A stretch of 32,000 nucleotides of DNA from assembly GCF_900232105.1 (NCBI RefSeq), contig NZ_LT934425.1:210001-242000 (forward strand), written 5' to 3'. The stretch is from Candidatus Kuenenia stuttgartensis. Its GTDB lineage: Bacteria; Planctomycetota; Brocadiia; Brocadiales; Brocadiaceae. The translations under genes and the position numbers were made by a program. The notes below the pieces were generated by a model. That model had not been told where the DNA came from. It searched no databases and saw only the letters and a list, made by a program, of their open reading frames with translations. Of this stretch, positions 1-9,004 are shown piece after piece; position 1 is the stretch's first letter, and each line of letters starts with the position of its first letter.

Positions 1-155
1 TTTTCTCTTCCTCGTTTAGTTTTTGCAAAACGCCTACCAAATCACCATCGCGCTGTTTGAGATCCATATGAACCACTGCCTCCTATATGTTTAATTTGTA
101 TAGGCTGGGCGATCCCTATATCGCCTAGCCGGAATAGCTACACGCCCAAATATGG

Positions 156-533
156 TTATATCTTTTCCGCAGATGCCTCTACTCCAAACCAATTTTTCAA
201 TTTCACCGAAGTCTTAGTCTTTACTTCATCATTGATGTATACAGCCACTGTTGCAAGCGCAGCCGCCAAAGCGCCCAGGTCATCTGCAAAGCCGACAACC
301 GGTATCACGTCGGGTATCGCGTCCACCGGACATATAAAATATGCCAGTGCGCCGTAAATAACAGTCTTTGCCCACAGGGGCGTTTCCGGTCGCTGGGCAG
401 CATAGTATAGCCACAAGCTTTTTTCGATTACCTCCTTGCCTGCAACTTTTGCAAATTTTTTAACCTTTTCCCAAAAACTTTCATCCGAATACCCATCCGG
501 AATAGCCACCTGCAATTCACCATCTTTGCTCAT
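156..533 (-). CDS. YkvA/DUF1232-family small membrane-associated protein
   Basis: ORF of 125 aa containing 'TPLWAKTVIYGALAYFICPVDAIPDVIPVVGFADDLGALAAAL', the typical DUF1232 core (Y-x(2)-PxDxIPDxIPVxGxxDD). Confidence 0.85.
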   Translation of the reverse strand: MSKDGELQVAIPDGYSDESFWEKVKKFAKVAGKEVIEKSLWLYYAAQRPETPLWAKTVIYGALAYFICPVDAIPDVIPVVGFADDLGALAAALATVAVYINDEVKTKTSVKLKNWFGVEASAEKI

Positions 534-612
534 TTCAAAATCTCCTTTCTAAGAAAAAACCTACCGCACAAATCCTATAGTAATTATGGAAAGATACATT
601 TTTCGCCACCGA

Positions 613-894
613 TTAATTTCTTTTCCTCCGAAGCCATTTAACGAGTTTATAAACACCATAGCCAGCGCCAGCAGCAGCAATTGGCGCAGCGGCTACAACT
701 GCAAGTCCAGCCGCCATACCCCCACCGACCACGGTACCAACTGCGGCCAGGCCGGAAGTAATTCCAGTTGCCCCAAGCCCGGAAACACCACCTACGGCAA
801 CCGCCGTTACAGCGCCGCCTGCACCAGCTACAGCACCGGTGCCCGTTGAAGCCATTACGCCTACCACGGAAGAACCATCTTTATCGTTGCCCAT
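613..894 (-). CDS. Small Gly/Ala-rich hydrophobic protein, unknown function
   Basis: Internal ATG at 894 preceded by GGAGGAGTTG (good SD). Product MGNDKDGSSVVGVMASTGTGAVAGAGGAVTAVAVGG...YGVYKLVKWLRRKRN, a Gly-rich hydrophobic stretch with a basic C-terminus. Confidence 0.55.
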   Translation of the reverse strand: MGNDKDGSSVVGVMASTGTGAVAGAGGAVTAVAVGGVSGLGATGITSGLAAVGTVVGGGMAAGLAVVAAAPIAAAGAGYGVYKLVKWLRRKRN

Positions 895-1103
895 CAACTC
901 CTCCTTTGAAAAAAACAATGATAACCGCCCCCACACTTCCCATACCCTTACTCCCCAAACCGGAATCAAATGATCTTGCCTCCAAAACATTCAACAGCCT
1001 TGCGCTTTTTTATGTCCGCATCCTCCTGCATGATGTAGGGCGATGGACGATGGACGATGAATTACGGACATCCTTCGTGCTTCGTCTCTCGCTCTTACGT
1101 TTT

Positions 1104-1651
1104 TCAAAAGACTAAAGTGTTATGAATATTCTTCTTTAAGTCCTCAAGACATTTCCGGTCGAACTCCCCCATACCTCTGCAAAGCTGGTGAAAAAAGGTA
1201 ATATTCATAATCAGCGAATCCTTGTCCAGCTTATTTTTTGGGGATATAGTATCAGAATCTTTGGCAAACACAACATCTTTCCAGTCATTTATCGAATCGT
1301 TTATTCTCACGATAATTTCTTTTCTGTTAATTTCATCTATTTTTTTAGCCCTTGAGCCACCCTTAATTTGCTTCTCCTGCGATATGGCGTTTTTTACGTC
1401 ACGAAGTATCTCGTAGTATACTGATTGCTTCGGAAAAAACCCTCGCAATGACAAGCTGAGACCCTTGCGATGACAAGTTTTGTAACATTATACTTTTTTG
1501 TAAACCCCTCGACCCTTTTCTCTCTATGCTCATATACTCTTCTTTTAAGATTATTCGTAACCCCTGTGTAGAGTACGGTATTATTTTTATTCGTCATTAT
1601 GTAAACGGAGTATAATTTATCCATTACAATTACCTTGATTGAATCTGGCAT
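1104..1651 (-). pseudogene. GIY-YIG endonuclease-like gene split by a short interspersed repeat
   Basis: ORF 1394..1651 has the GIY-YIG N-half (YSVYIMTNKNNTVLYTGVTNNLKRRVYEHREKRVEGFTKKYNVTKLV). ORF 1104..1454 has the C-half (YYEILRDVKNAISQEKQIKGGSRAKKIDEIN) in another frame. Repeat sequence lies between the halves. Confidence 0.8.
1422..1473. repeat. Short interspersed repeat 'gattgcttcggaaaaaaccctcgcaatgacaag', copy 1
   Basis: Shared with 1655-1748 and, in inverted orientation, 1951-2013. Confidence 0.8.
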
Positions 1652-1654
1652 TAT

Positions 1655-1748
1655 GAGATTGCTTCGGAAAAAGCCCTCGCAATGACAAGCTGAGACCCCT
1701 GTAGTGCTCCTGCAATAACAAGCTGAGCCTCCTGCAATGACAAGCTAA
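1655..1748. repeat. Short interspersed repeat, copy 2 (extended by tandem 'ctcctgcaatgacaagctgag' units)
   Basis: gagattgcttcggaaaaagccctcgcaatgacaagctgag followed by degenerate tandem units. Confidence 0.8.
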
Positions 1749-1950
1749 CACTTTTTGGATGGCCCTATAAATTTGAACCGGTACAGAAACATAAATGCCA
1801 GACGTTTCCGACTCGAAAGTAAGACTACAAAAAATAGCTTAAGTACAGATACTACAACACGATATGGTTATAAAACCATTTTCATCGTTTCTGGATGTTG
1901 CAAATGAAACATGATGACTGGTGGCTTATTTTGTCAACACAAGGGTATCC

Positions 1951-2013
1951 GCTTGTCATTGCAAGGGTCTTTTTCGGCTTGTCATTGCGAGGGCTTTTTC
2001 CGAAGCAATCTCA
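1951..2013. repeat. Short interspersed repeat, copy 3 (inverted)
   Basis: cttgtcattgcaagggtctttttcggcttgtcattgcgagggctttttccgaagcaatctca is the reverse complement of copies 1 and 2. Confidence 0.8.
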
Positions 2014-2244
2014 TAAACAGTCATAGAGAGCCTTCCATCCTGCATCATTCCATTAACTAATTCTATTTTTTTGTAACACTTTAGTTCTATGAAAAAAACG
2101 CTCGTTACCAAGCTCCGGCTTGGGAACGGGATTGTTTGAGAAGCTCCAGCTTCGAATGGAAAAGAGAATGGGTCCATGTCAGCTTGTACTTTTCAGTATG
2201 TTATCAATATATTTGGAGTCCCATTTTGAGCCAAATAATTCTTG

Positions 2245-3123
2245 CTAAATTGAAGCGAGAGCTTCCAGTCTTTTTTTTAATTTTCCTATCAATTTGTCCT
2301 CATCCATTTCAACCTGATTTGAAGAATCGCACGAATTCAGAAATTCTGTAATATCTTTCTTACGCATGTTTGTCTGATAAAAAACGGTTATGTCCGGCGT
2401 TGATGTGGCAGGAGTCCTTGTTGTCATTTCATACAGGACGTAGTCATTCAGGTTTTCAGGCAGGTTTATCCGGTGCACCCTAAAGATTTCCCCTTTATGA
2501 AAGAATTTTCCTTTAAGATTGGTCAGTAATTTTCTTATGCTGTCAACAATTGGCTGCGCTTCGGATGCATACTGTCTTGTCGCATCCCGAAGGCATGGAT
2601 CACTGTTAATCTGATTAAGGATAGAGGCGATTATTGAATCTTTGGCGCTGGAGACAAATTGTCCTACTAAGTCCTTGCGCTTATTGCGCAATTTGAATAT
2701 TTTCAAGCCGATTGTTTTATCAAAGGCCGATGTGTTTATTTCACAAAGATTGCCATGCAAAATATTCTCTAGCCAATTATTGAATGCTGATTCGGTTGCC
2801 CTTCCAACGTTCTCTGCATATTTATCCTTAATTCCCGAAAGCCGATTGCAAAGGGCTTCCATATTCATGGCAACATCATATTGCCCTCCTTTCATGTAAC
2901 GTTTCTTAAAACACGGCTCGCAAATGATTTCATTATGCAAGTAGTAGCCTTCAGTATTGGGATTTGCAGTTGGTTGGCCGTATCTTTTTGTCAGCGCTGT
3001 TTGTTCGTATATCCGATTATCTCCGATTTGAGTTAGGCAAGCGCCACCCTCGTATTCGACCTTAACAATTTCGGAACATTTCAGGCAATGGTACCTATTT
3101 CCCTGAATATTCAGCCATGACAT
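2245..3123 (-). CDS. Hypothetical protein with N-terminal Cys-rich (putative zinc-binding) segment
   Basis: 292-aa ORF with CLKC...CEPCFKKR pattern near the N-terminus; no family recognised. Confidence 0.55.
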   Translation of the reverse strand: MSWLNIQGNRYHCLKCSEIVKVEYEGGACLTQIGDNRIYEQTALTKRYGQPTANPNTEGYYLHNEIICEPCFKKRYMKGGQYDVAMNMEALCNRLSGIKDKYAENVGRATESAFNNWLENILHGNLCEINTSAFDKTIGLKIFKLRNKRKDLVGQFVSSAKDSIIASILNQINSDPCLRDATRQYASEAQPIVDSIRKLLTNLKGKFFHKGEIFRVHRINLPENLNDYVLYEMTTRTPATSTPDITVFYQTNMRKKDITEFLNSCDSSNQVEMDEDKLIGKLKKRLEALASI

Positions 3124-3200
3124 AATTTGGTTTCCTATTTGTGGTTGTTGGTGTTTAAGGTAGCATGTGGAAATACAGTCTCTATTTTCTTTAAAAAGCA

Positions 3201-3272
3201 GGGGCGAAGCATTTGCTGTTTGGGTATGAACGCATTTGTGACAATTTATAGCAAATGCTTCGCCCCTACAAT
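3201..3272. repeat. Palindromic repeat with GGGCGAAGCATTTGC / GCAAATGCTTCGCCC ends
   Basis: Terminal inverted arms flank a 72-bp unit; a related unit lies at 4627-4746. Confidence 0.8.
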
Positions 3273-3293
3273 ATGCGTGGCAAATTATTGTTT

Positions 3294-3659
3294 TTATTTC
3301 GGTTTTTTATTCTTTTTGAAAAGGTCCAATATTTTTCCGGTGTTTGAGGATTTTTTTATGAGTGAAGTTATTGCCGCCCCCCATGGATTCGTTATGACAA
3401 ACCCTGCGATTACTGCCGTGGCTATAACGCCGCCTATGCCCATCAATCCCAGCATCTTCCGGATTTTTTTCTGATCTACGTCTTTATTATCAACCAATTG
3501 CTTCAGCGCAATGAGCTGTTCTTCCTGTGTATCGTCAGGCTGTGAAATGCCGCTTTCCCACCTGCTCACTGTTGAAAAGCTGATTCCCAATGCCTTTGCA
3601 AACTCGGACTGGGTTGCACCCAGCTTTTCACGAAGTTCCTTAATTTCTTTTGCACCCAT
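3294..3659 (-). CDS. XRE-family helix-turn-helix regulator with C-terminal hydrophobic segment
   Basis: MGAKEIKELREKLGATQSEFAKALGISFSTVSRWESGISQP is a canonical HTH_3 motif; the C-terminus (GIGGVIATAVIAGFVITNPW) looks membrane-inserted. Confidence 0.85.
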   Translation of the reverse strand: MGAKEIKELREKLGATQSEFAKALGISFSTVSRWESGISQPDDTQEEQLIALKQLVDNKDVDQKKIRKMLGLMGIGGVIATAVIAGFVITNPWGAAITSLIKKSSNTGKILDLFKKNKKPK

Positions 3660-3842
3660 TATGCCACCGCTCTTTCACAAAATTTAAAAGGTATTCATAG
3701 TGAATACTTGTGGAAGTATATCACAAATTAACTATTATGCAAGGCAAATAATTTGCATATGCAAATTATTTGCGGCTGATTTAACGTTTTTTCTTCTCGC
3801 TTCCATGTGAAGCCGGAGCTTGGGAACGAGTGTATACTGGTG

Positions 3843-4580
3843 TTATTTTTTACCTGCGGCTGCCAAATATATTACAAATTCCTCATCGCCATCGAGAGAG
3901 AGTAAATCGTTTATATTATCATCAGAAAACGCCGCAATTGCGCATGCCCCGCAATCAATTGATTCTGCGCTTAAATACAAATTCTGGCAGACGTGTCCTG
4001 CATCCAGATGCATATATCTGTATCCGCGTTCTCCATATCGCCATTTCATACGGTAAGCTACCGCAGACCAAATGAAAACAACATCGCATAGTTTTATTAT
4101 ATTCTGCCCCAAACACGCTTCTGTAATTTTATCAGCAATATCCGGTTGTAAATTTACCTCCATCAGCTTATGTTTAGATGCAAGAAATCTGTATACGCCT
4201 GGCAACAAACCCGTTATGTTATTTATCAATAAATACGTTTCCAAAGAATGCCGCGCCCCCGCTGACGGCACGTTTCGATACGTTGCAGTCCCGGGTATTA
4301 CTTCTTTTACATCCTGAGTGCACCACAGCAGGTAAGATAATTCTTCAAGGGTTAATGGTTTTTTAGAATAATTACGTATACTTGTTCTTGATTCTATCAC
4401 TCTTCGTACATCAGCATTTTTTACAACAATATCCTCCGGTTTCGGTAAAGCTATAATCGATTTTGACCGGTCATAAGGAAGCTCCAAAGGCGGCTGTTGT
4501 ATCCCTTTCATCTGATCCGATGCCGCTAAATACTGATATTTTGTCATGTGCATAAACTCTTTTCCAATTCCGTTTGACAT
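3843..4580 (-). CDS. SagB-type dehydrogenase / nitroreductase-family flavoprotein
   Basis: SRTSIRNYSKKPLTLEELSYLLWCTQDV...YLLINNITGLLPGVYRF...DAGHVCQNLYLSAESIDCGACAIAAF. Start placed at 4580 (MSNGIGKEF) behind AAGGAGTG; the longer ORF reaches into an upstream repeat. Confidence 0.85.
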   Translation of the reverse strand: MSNGIGKEFMHMTKYQYLAASDQMKGIQQPPLELPYDRSKSIIALPKPEDIVVKNADVRRVIESRTSIRNYSKKPLTLEELSYLLWCTQDVKEVIPGTATYRNVPSAGARHSLETYLLINNITGLLPGVYRFLASKHKLMEVNLQPDIADKITEACLGQNIIKLCDVVFIWSAVAYRMKWRYGERGYRYMHLDAGHVCQNLYLSAESIDCGACAIAAFSDDNINDLLSLDGDEEFVIYLAAAGKK

Positions 4581-4626
4581 AATCACACTCCTTTTTTGGC
4601 AAAAATTTATTTTTTTAGAAAAAGCA

Positions 4627-4746
4627 TGGGGCGAAGCATTTGCCTGCGTACAGTATACTCGTTCAGTGGAACGGTGCCGGCGCATATACAGACAACTTTT
4701 TACGTCTTTGTTCCCTATGCCGGCAAATGCTTCGCCCCTACAATTT
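4627..4746. repeat. Palindromic repeat related to 3201-3272
   Basis: tggggcgaagcatttgcc ... ggcaaatgcttcgcccctacaat; inner arms also pair (gtgccggcgcata / tatgccggc). Confidence 0.8.
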
Positions 4747-4859
4747 ATCATTTTGCGAATAAAAAGCTATAGCTTTATGCAGTGAAAAACATGTACAATT
4801 TGCTTCCACTGTATTTGATGTATAGGAATTTCAATATTTTTAGTTAAGCAATGCATAAA

Positions 4860-4930
4860 CCCACCCCCTGCCCCTCCCAGGAGAGGAATTTGATAAGTCC
4901 CCTCCTGGGAGGAGATTGAGGGGTGGGTAA
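4860..4930. repeat. Hairpin-forming GC-rich repeat
   Basis: acccaccccctgcccctcccaggag ... ctcctgggaggagattgaggggtgggt, imperfect inverted arms. Confidence 0.75.
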
Positions 4931-5008
4931 AAATAAATGCCGTTGGATTTTTTGTCTTTTAAAAACCCGGCATAATTTATATTTTAATCGTAAACAGCAC
5001 TTATTTAT

Positions 5009-7039
5009 ATGACTATCGTTTTTAAAAAGAATATCTGTCAAACGGTTTCTCTTTCTTTAGAAAAAGAATGGCTGGAGGCAAACGGGATTGGTGGCTATGC
5101 CTCATCTACAATTATTGGCGCCAATACAAGACGTTATCATGGGTTGCTTATGGCGGCAACAAAGCCGCCCCTGGGAAGAATGTTAATGCTGTCCAAATTA
5201 GAAGAAGCGCTCTTTGTTGATGGGCGGGAATATCCTTTGTCCACGAACATTTATCCTAATACGATCTTCCCGGAAGGATACAAACATCTCGTTCAATTCC
5301 AATCAGATCCGTTTCCTGTATGGGAGTATTCTGTAGAAGGAATGCTGATTAAAAAAACGGTTTTTATGGTGTATGGTCAAAATACCACCGTGATTATGTA
5401 TCAGATACATCGGGAGAATGAAATGCTTCCCCCCCCTGTTTTATCAATTCGTTTTATGATTGCTTTTCGTGATTATCACAGTCTGACTCATGAGAATCCC
5501 TGTTTGAATACCGGTTATACAAATCTGCGCAATGGGGTTTGTTTAACGCCATACAAGGAACTCTCATCTCTGTATGTTTTTTTTAATGCAACATCAATCG
5601 ACTCAAATTGTTTTTGGTATAAAAATATGAAATATCCTAAGGAGATTGAACGGGGAATGGAGGCCTATGAGGATCATTTCAGCCCTTTTGCTATCAACTT
5701 CAGTCCAATACAAAACGATGCAATCTATTATGTTGTCGCATCAACGGAAAACTATGATTGCATAGATATTAATGAACTCTATGAAAAGGAAACAGGACGC
5801 AGAAATGCGTTGAACAACAATATCCAAAGAAATCAAATAATTTTCCCCTTTGTTTTTCCAGGAACAGGAGACGAAAACACCGGGAATTCTGACATTCTGA
5901 ACTGCTTACTCTCCACATCAGACACTTTTATTGTAAAGAGGGGGAATTGCAGGAAAAGTATTATTGCCGGATACCATTGGTTTGCTGATTGGGGAAGGGA
6001 TACGATGATTTCGCTTCCAGGCTTAACCCTTGTTCAGGGGAAATATGATACGGCAAAAGAAATATTGCTTACGTATGCCGGCCATGTCAATAAAGGCATG
6101 ATTCCTAATCGTTTTCCCGACTACGGAGAATTGCCGGAATACAATACAGTGGATGCGTCTTTGTGGTACATACATGCGGTGTATAAGTATTATCTCTATT
6201 CTAAAGATATACTAACAATTCAGAATAAGCTGTATCCGGTTTTACACGAAATCGTCTCCTATTACCGTAAAGGCGCCCGCTATAATATTCACATGGAGAG
6301 CGACGGTTTAATCTATGCCGGTGAAGAAGGCATTCAACTGACATGGATGGACGCAAAAGTGGGTGATTGGGTGGTGACCCCCCGGATGGGCAAGGCGGTT
6401 GAGGTCAATGCCCTTTGGCATAATGCATTGAGGATTATCTCTTTTTTTGCGGAAATCATGGATTTAGAAAATGATTACCGTGAATATTCTGCGTTATCTG
6501 TAAAGGCAGGCAATTCATTCAATGAACTGTTTTGGTTCGAAGAAGGCGGCTATCTTTACGATTATGTTGACGGCGGAATGAAAAACTCTTCAATCCGCCC
6601 GAATCAGATATTTGCCATAAGTCTGCCATTCGTGTCATTACCCTTCAGAAAACAACAGGCTGTTTTTGAGATCATAAAAAAACATTTATTAACACCTTAT
6701 GGATTGAGGAGTCTTTCCCCCGCCGATAAAGATTACATTGGTGTTTATCGAGGAAATGTTTATGAGAGGGATAGGGCATACCATCAGGGTACCGTATGGG
6801 CATGGCTGATAGGGCCATATCTTGATGCATTTTTTAAAATATACGGCAACAATATTCATACAAAAAGAATGATGGTTGAATTACTACAACCATTGTGTAA
6901 TCATATTTACGATGCCGGAATTGGTTCTATTTCGGAGATTTTTGACGGAGATTATCCCCACACGCCGCGCGGATGTATATCACAGGCCTGGAGTGTCGGC
7001 GAATTGCTGCGGGCAATGTTTGAAAATTTGGCAAAGTAG
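5009..7039 (+). CDS. Glycogen debranching enzyme (amylo-alpha-1,6-glucosidase type)
   Basis: 676 aa: LEKEWLEANGIGGYASSTIIGANTRRYHGLLMAA; GYHWFADWGRDTMISLPGL; NTVDASLWYIHAVYKYY; YHQGTVWAWLIGPYLDA; ISQAWSVGELLR. Confidence 0.92.
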   Translation: MTIVFKKNICQTVSLSLEKEWLEANGIGGYASSTIIGANTRRYHGLLMAATKPPLGRMLMLSKLEEALFVDGREYPLSTNIYPNTIFPEGYKHLVQFQSDPFPVWEYSVEGMLIKKTVFMVYGQNTTVIMYQIHRENEMLPPPVLSIRFMIAFRDYHSLTHENPCLNTGYTNLRNGVCLTPYKELSSLYVFFNATSIDSNCFWYKNMKYPKEIERGMEAYEDHFSPFAINFSPIQNDAIYYVVASTENYDCIDINELYEKETGRRNALNNNIQRNQIIFPFVFPGTGDENTGNSDILNCLLSTSDTFIVKRGNCRKSIIAGYHWFADWGRDTMISLPGLTLVQGKYDTAKEILLTYAGHVNKGMIPNRFPDYGELPEYNTVDASLWYIHAVYKYYLYSKDILTIQNKLYPVLHEIVSYYRKGARYNIHMESDGLIYAGEEGIQLTWMDAKVGDWVVTPRMGKAVEVNALWHNALRIISFFAEIMDLENDYREYSALSVKAGNSFNELFWFEEGGYLYDYVDGGMKNSSIRPNQIFAISLPFVSLPFRKQQAVFEIIKKHLLTPYGLRSLSPADKDYIGVYRGNVYERDRAYHQGTVWAWLIGPYLDAFFKIYGNNIHTKRMMVELLQPLCNHIYDAGIGSISEIFDGDYPHTPRGCISQAWSVGELLRAMFENLAK

Positions 7040-7151
7040 CATCTATTTTGTGACACTTTAGTCTTTTGGAAAGGCGAAAACGCTCGTTCAGGAATTCCTG
7101 CCTGGTAACGAGCGTTTTCTAAACGAGCGCATCTTCCGCTATTTCTTTACA

Positions 7152-7628
7152 CTACTCATCTTTTTTTATTACCTGAACAGACAAATAATTTTCAATCCCC
7201 ATATCCTTAATTTGCTGCAAGTGTTCCTCCAAATCATTTGCGTGTTTTTCTTCATCGGTCAAAATATGTTCAAGCAACTCCCTGGAACCGGCGTCTCCAA
7301 CCTCAGCGCACAAGGTGATTGATTTTTGGAGTCTCTGAATTGCAATTTTTTCCAAAGCGTAATCATTCTCCAGTTGCTCCTTAACAACCTTTCCTACAGT
7401 AATTTTACCAAGATCCATTTTTGGTATGCCTTCTAAATACAACAAGCGTTCAATGAGTTTTTCCGCATGCTTCATCTCTTCTATGGAATTTTTCTCATTA
7501 AATTCATACAGGCGTTTATATCCCCAGTTTTCACACATCTTGGCATGCACAAAATATTGGTTAATCGCTGTAATTTCAGCCATTAACAACTCGTTTAAAA
7601 CCACAATAACCTTTGGATTTCCTTCCAT
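7152..7628 (-). CDS. bfr: Bacterioferritin
   Basis: 158 aa: LNELLMAEITAINQYFVHAKMCENWG...EEMKHAEKLIERLLYLEG...ILTDEEKHANDLE; di-iron ligands and the haem-ligand Met context (EEMKHAE) are present. Confidence 0.92.
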   Translation of the reverse strand: MEGNPKVIVVLNELLMAEITAINQYFVHAKMCENWGYKRLYEFNEKNSIEEMKHAEKLIERLLYLEGIPKMDLGKITVGKVVKEQLENDYALEKIAIQRLQKSITLCAEVGDAGSRELLEHILTDEEKHANDLEEHLQQIKDMGIENYLSVQVIKKDE

Positions 7629-7776
7629 AAAACACCTCCTTTATGTAATAAAATAATACTTATGTAATAAAGAGGAAATGGCGATAGTATCGCCACTCCG
7701 TAAACTTATGAAAGTATTATAACATTGAATTAATGTTTTTTGCATAGGGAATTAAATACTTTTTATCGCAATAGTT

Positions 7777-8290
7777 TTAGTCAAATAATAAATCTATAAG
7801 GGAGGGATTAGACCGCATAAAACGCTGAGTTCCTGATGCTGTTCTTTCTTTTATGCATTCATTCTCAGGGAATGTAAGCCAAAATATGCTCCCATTGTCA
7901 ACATTGCTTTCTACACCTACCATTCCTCCATGTAATTCAACCAGTCTGCGTGTAAGTGCAATCCCGATTCCGGCGCCGTTGGAATCTTTATCTTTTGTGC
8001 TGTTTGACCGGTAAAATGCCGAAAATATTTTGTCTTTTTCATCATCCTCAATCCCAATACCCGTATCTCTCACCTCTATTCGTATGGATGATTACCATTC
8101 TTTAGAGATAATAACATCAACGGTACCGTATTCAGGGGTATATTTGAGCGCGTTGGAAGGCAGATTATACATAATTTGTTTGCACTTCCTGATACGGGAA
8201 AAACGAATATCAAACAAGGAATTATGAATGTCGAAGGGCAAGAAAACTTCGTAATTCGAAATTCCTTGTTCTGCTGTACGATATTCTCTT
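7777..8290 (-). pseudogene. Sensor histidine kinase C-terminal (HATPase_c) remnant with in-frame stop
   Basis: QIMYNLPSNALKYTPEYGTVDVIISKEW*SSIRIEVRDTGIGIEDDEKDKIFSAFYRS...GAGIGIALTRRLVELHGGMVGVESNVDNGSIFWLTFP. The two ORFs are in the same frame, separated by a single TAA at about 8089-8091; the N-terminal kinase portion is absent. Confidence 0.85.
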
Positions 8291-8877
8291 TTCATCCTAC
8301 TAAAACGACGGGTTACAAAAAATCGGGAATGCTCCCGAAAACACTCGATTTCCCAGTTCTTTGCCTGGAAGCGGGAGCAAGGCATGAGCGGACGCTGTAA
8401 GGCGTCAGCTGCAGCCAGTTGTTCGGCCAGGTGCATCTGGATAGTAGCAGTGCGGCAAACTCCTGCCATGTCTCCCGTGGGACATGGAGAGCAAGACGAC
8501 GTCATAACTGCTAAGCCCCACAATAAATGAACCTGGAATTCTCAGATTAAGTGGAATTAATATATTGAGGTAAAACAGATTTTAGCAGATTGACAGCATC
8601 TGGGAAAGAGGAGTTGGAATCTACCATGACGATGTCGATGGTATTAAAGTTTTTTTTACAACGGAAACACTGGGTCGTTATGGCAATAGAAAAGTGTACC
8701 AGATGGCAAAGTAAAATATACTCAAGAAGTTCACAAAATGTGATTTCAGAAATGCTATAACTATTTATATCAACAAAAGTTAAATCTAATTTAGAAATCT
8801 CTATTTGTGAACCCTTACAGTATAGTACCACTCTGGACAAAAAAAATTTATTATCACAATATGATATTGTCGACTAC

Positions 8878-8938
8878 AGGCTTCTGTGATGCAACGGAAG
8901 GAACCCGTAGGGTGACTGGAGTTGCATCACAGAAGCCT
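8878..8938. repeat. Perfect 18-bp inverted repeat hairpin (25-nt loop)
   Basis: aggcttctgtgatgcaac (8878-8895) / gttgcatcacagaagcct (8921-8938). Confidence 0.9.
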
Positions 8939-9004
8939 CAATTTTGCAATCTCCAATTCACCGATAAAACAAAAGATGTTTTTCCCTCTTACACCTCCTT
9001 CCCT

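Noticed and set aside
1104-1139. C-terminal extension of the GIY-YIG C-half as a separate domain
   Set aside because: The tail (…FHQLCRGMGEFDRKCLEDLKKN…) could not be assigned to any family with confidence.
3127-3474. 115-aa plus-strand ORF
   Set aside because: Antisense to the XRE regulator and overlaps a palindromic repeat; composition not protein-like.
4581-4751. N-terminal extension of the SagB-like ORF (MINCRGEAFAGIGNKDV...)
   Set aside because: The extension translates the palindromic repeat 4627-4746; a good SD and ATG at 4580 give a more credible start.
8092-8523. 143-aa ORF as an intact gene
   Set aside because: Only its C-terminal part matches a histidine kinase, reading into the 7777..8073 ORF across a stop; the rest is repeat-like translation.
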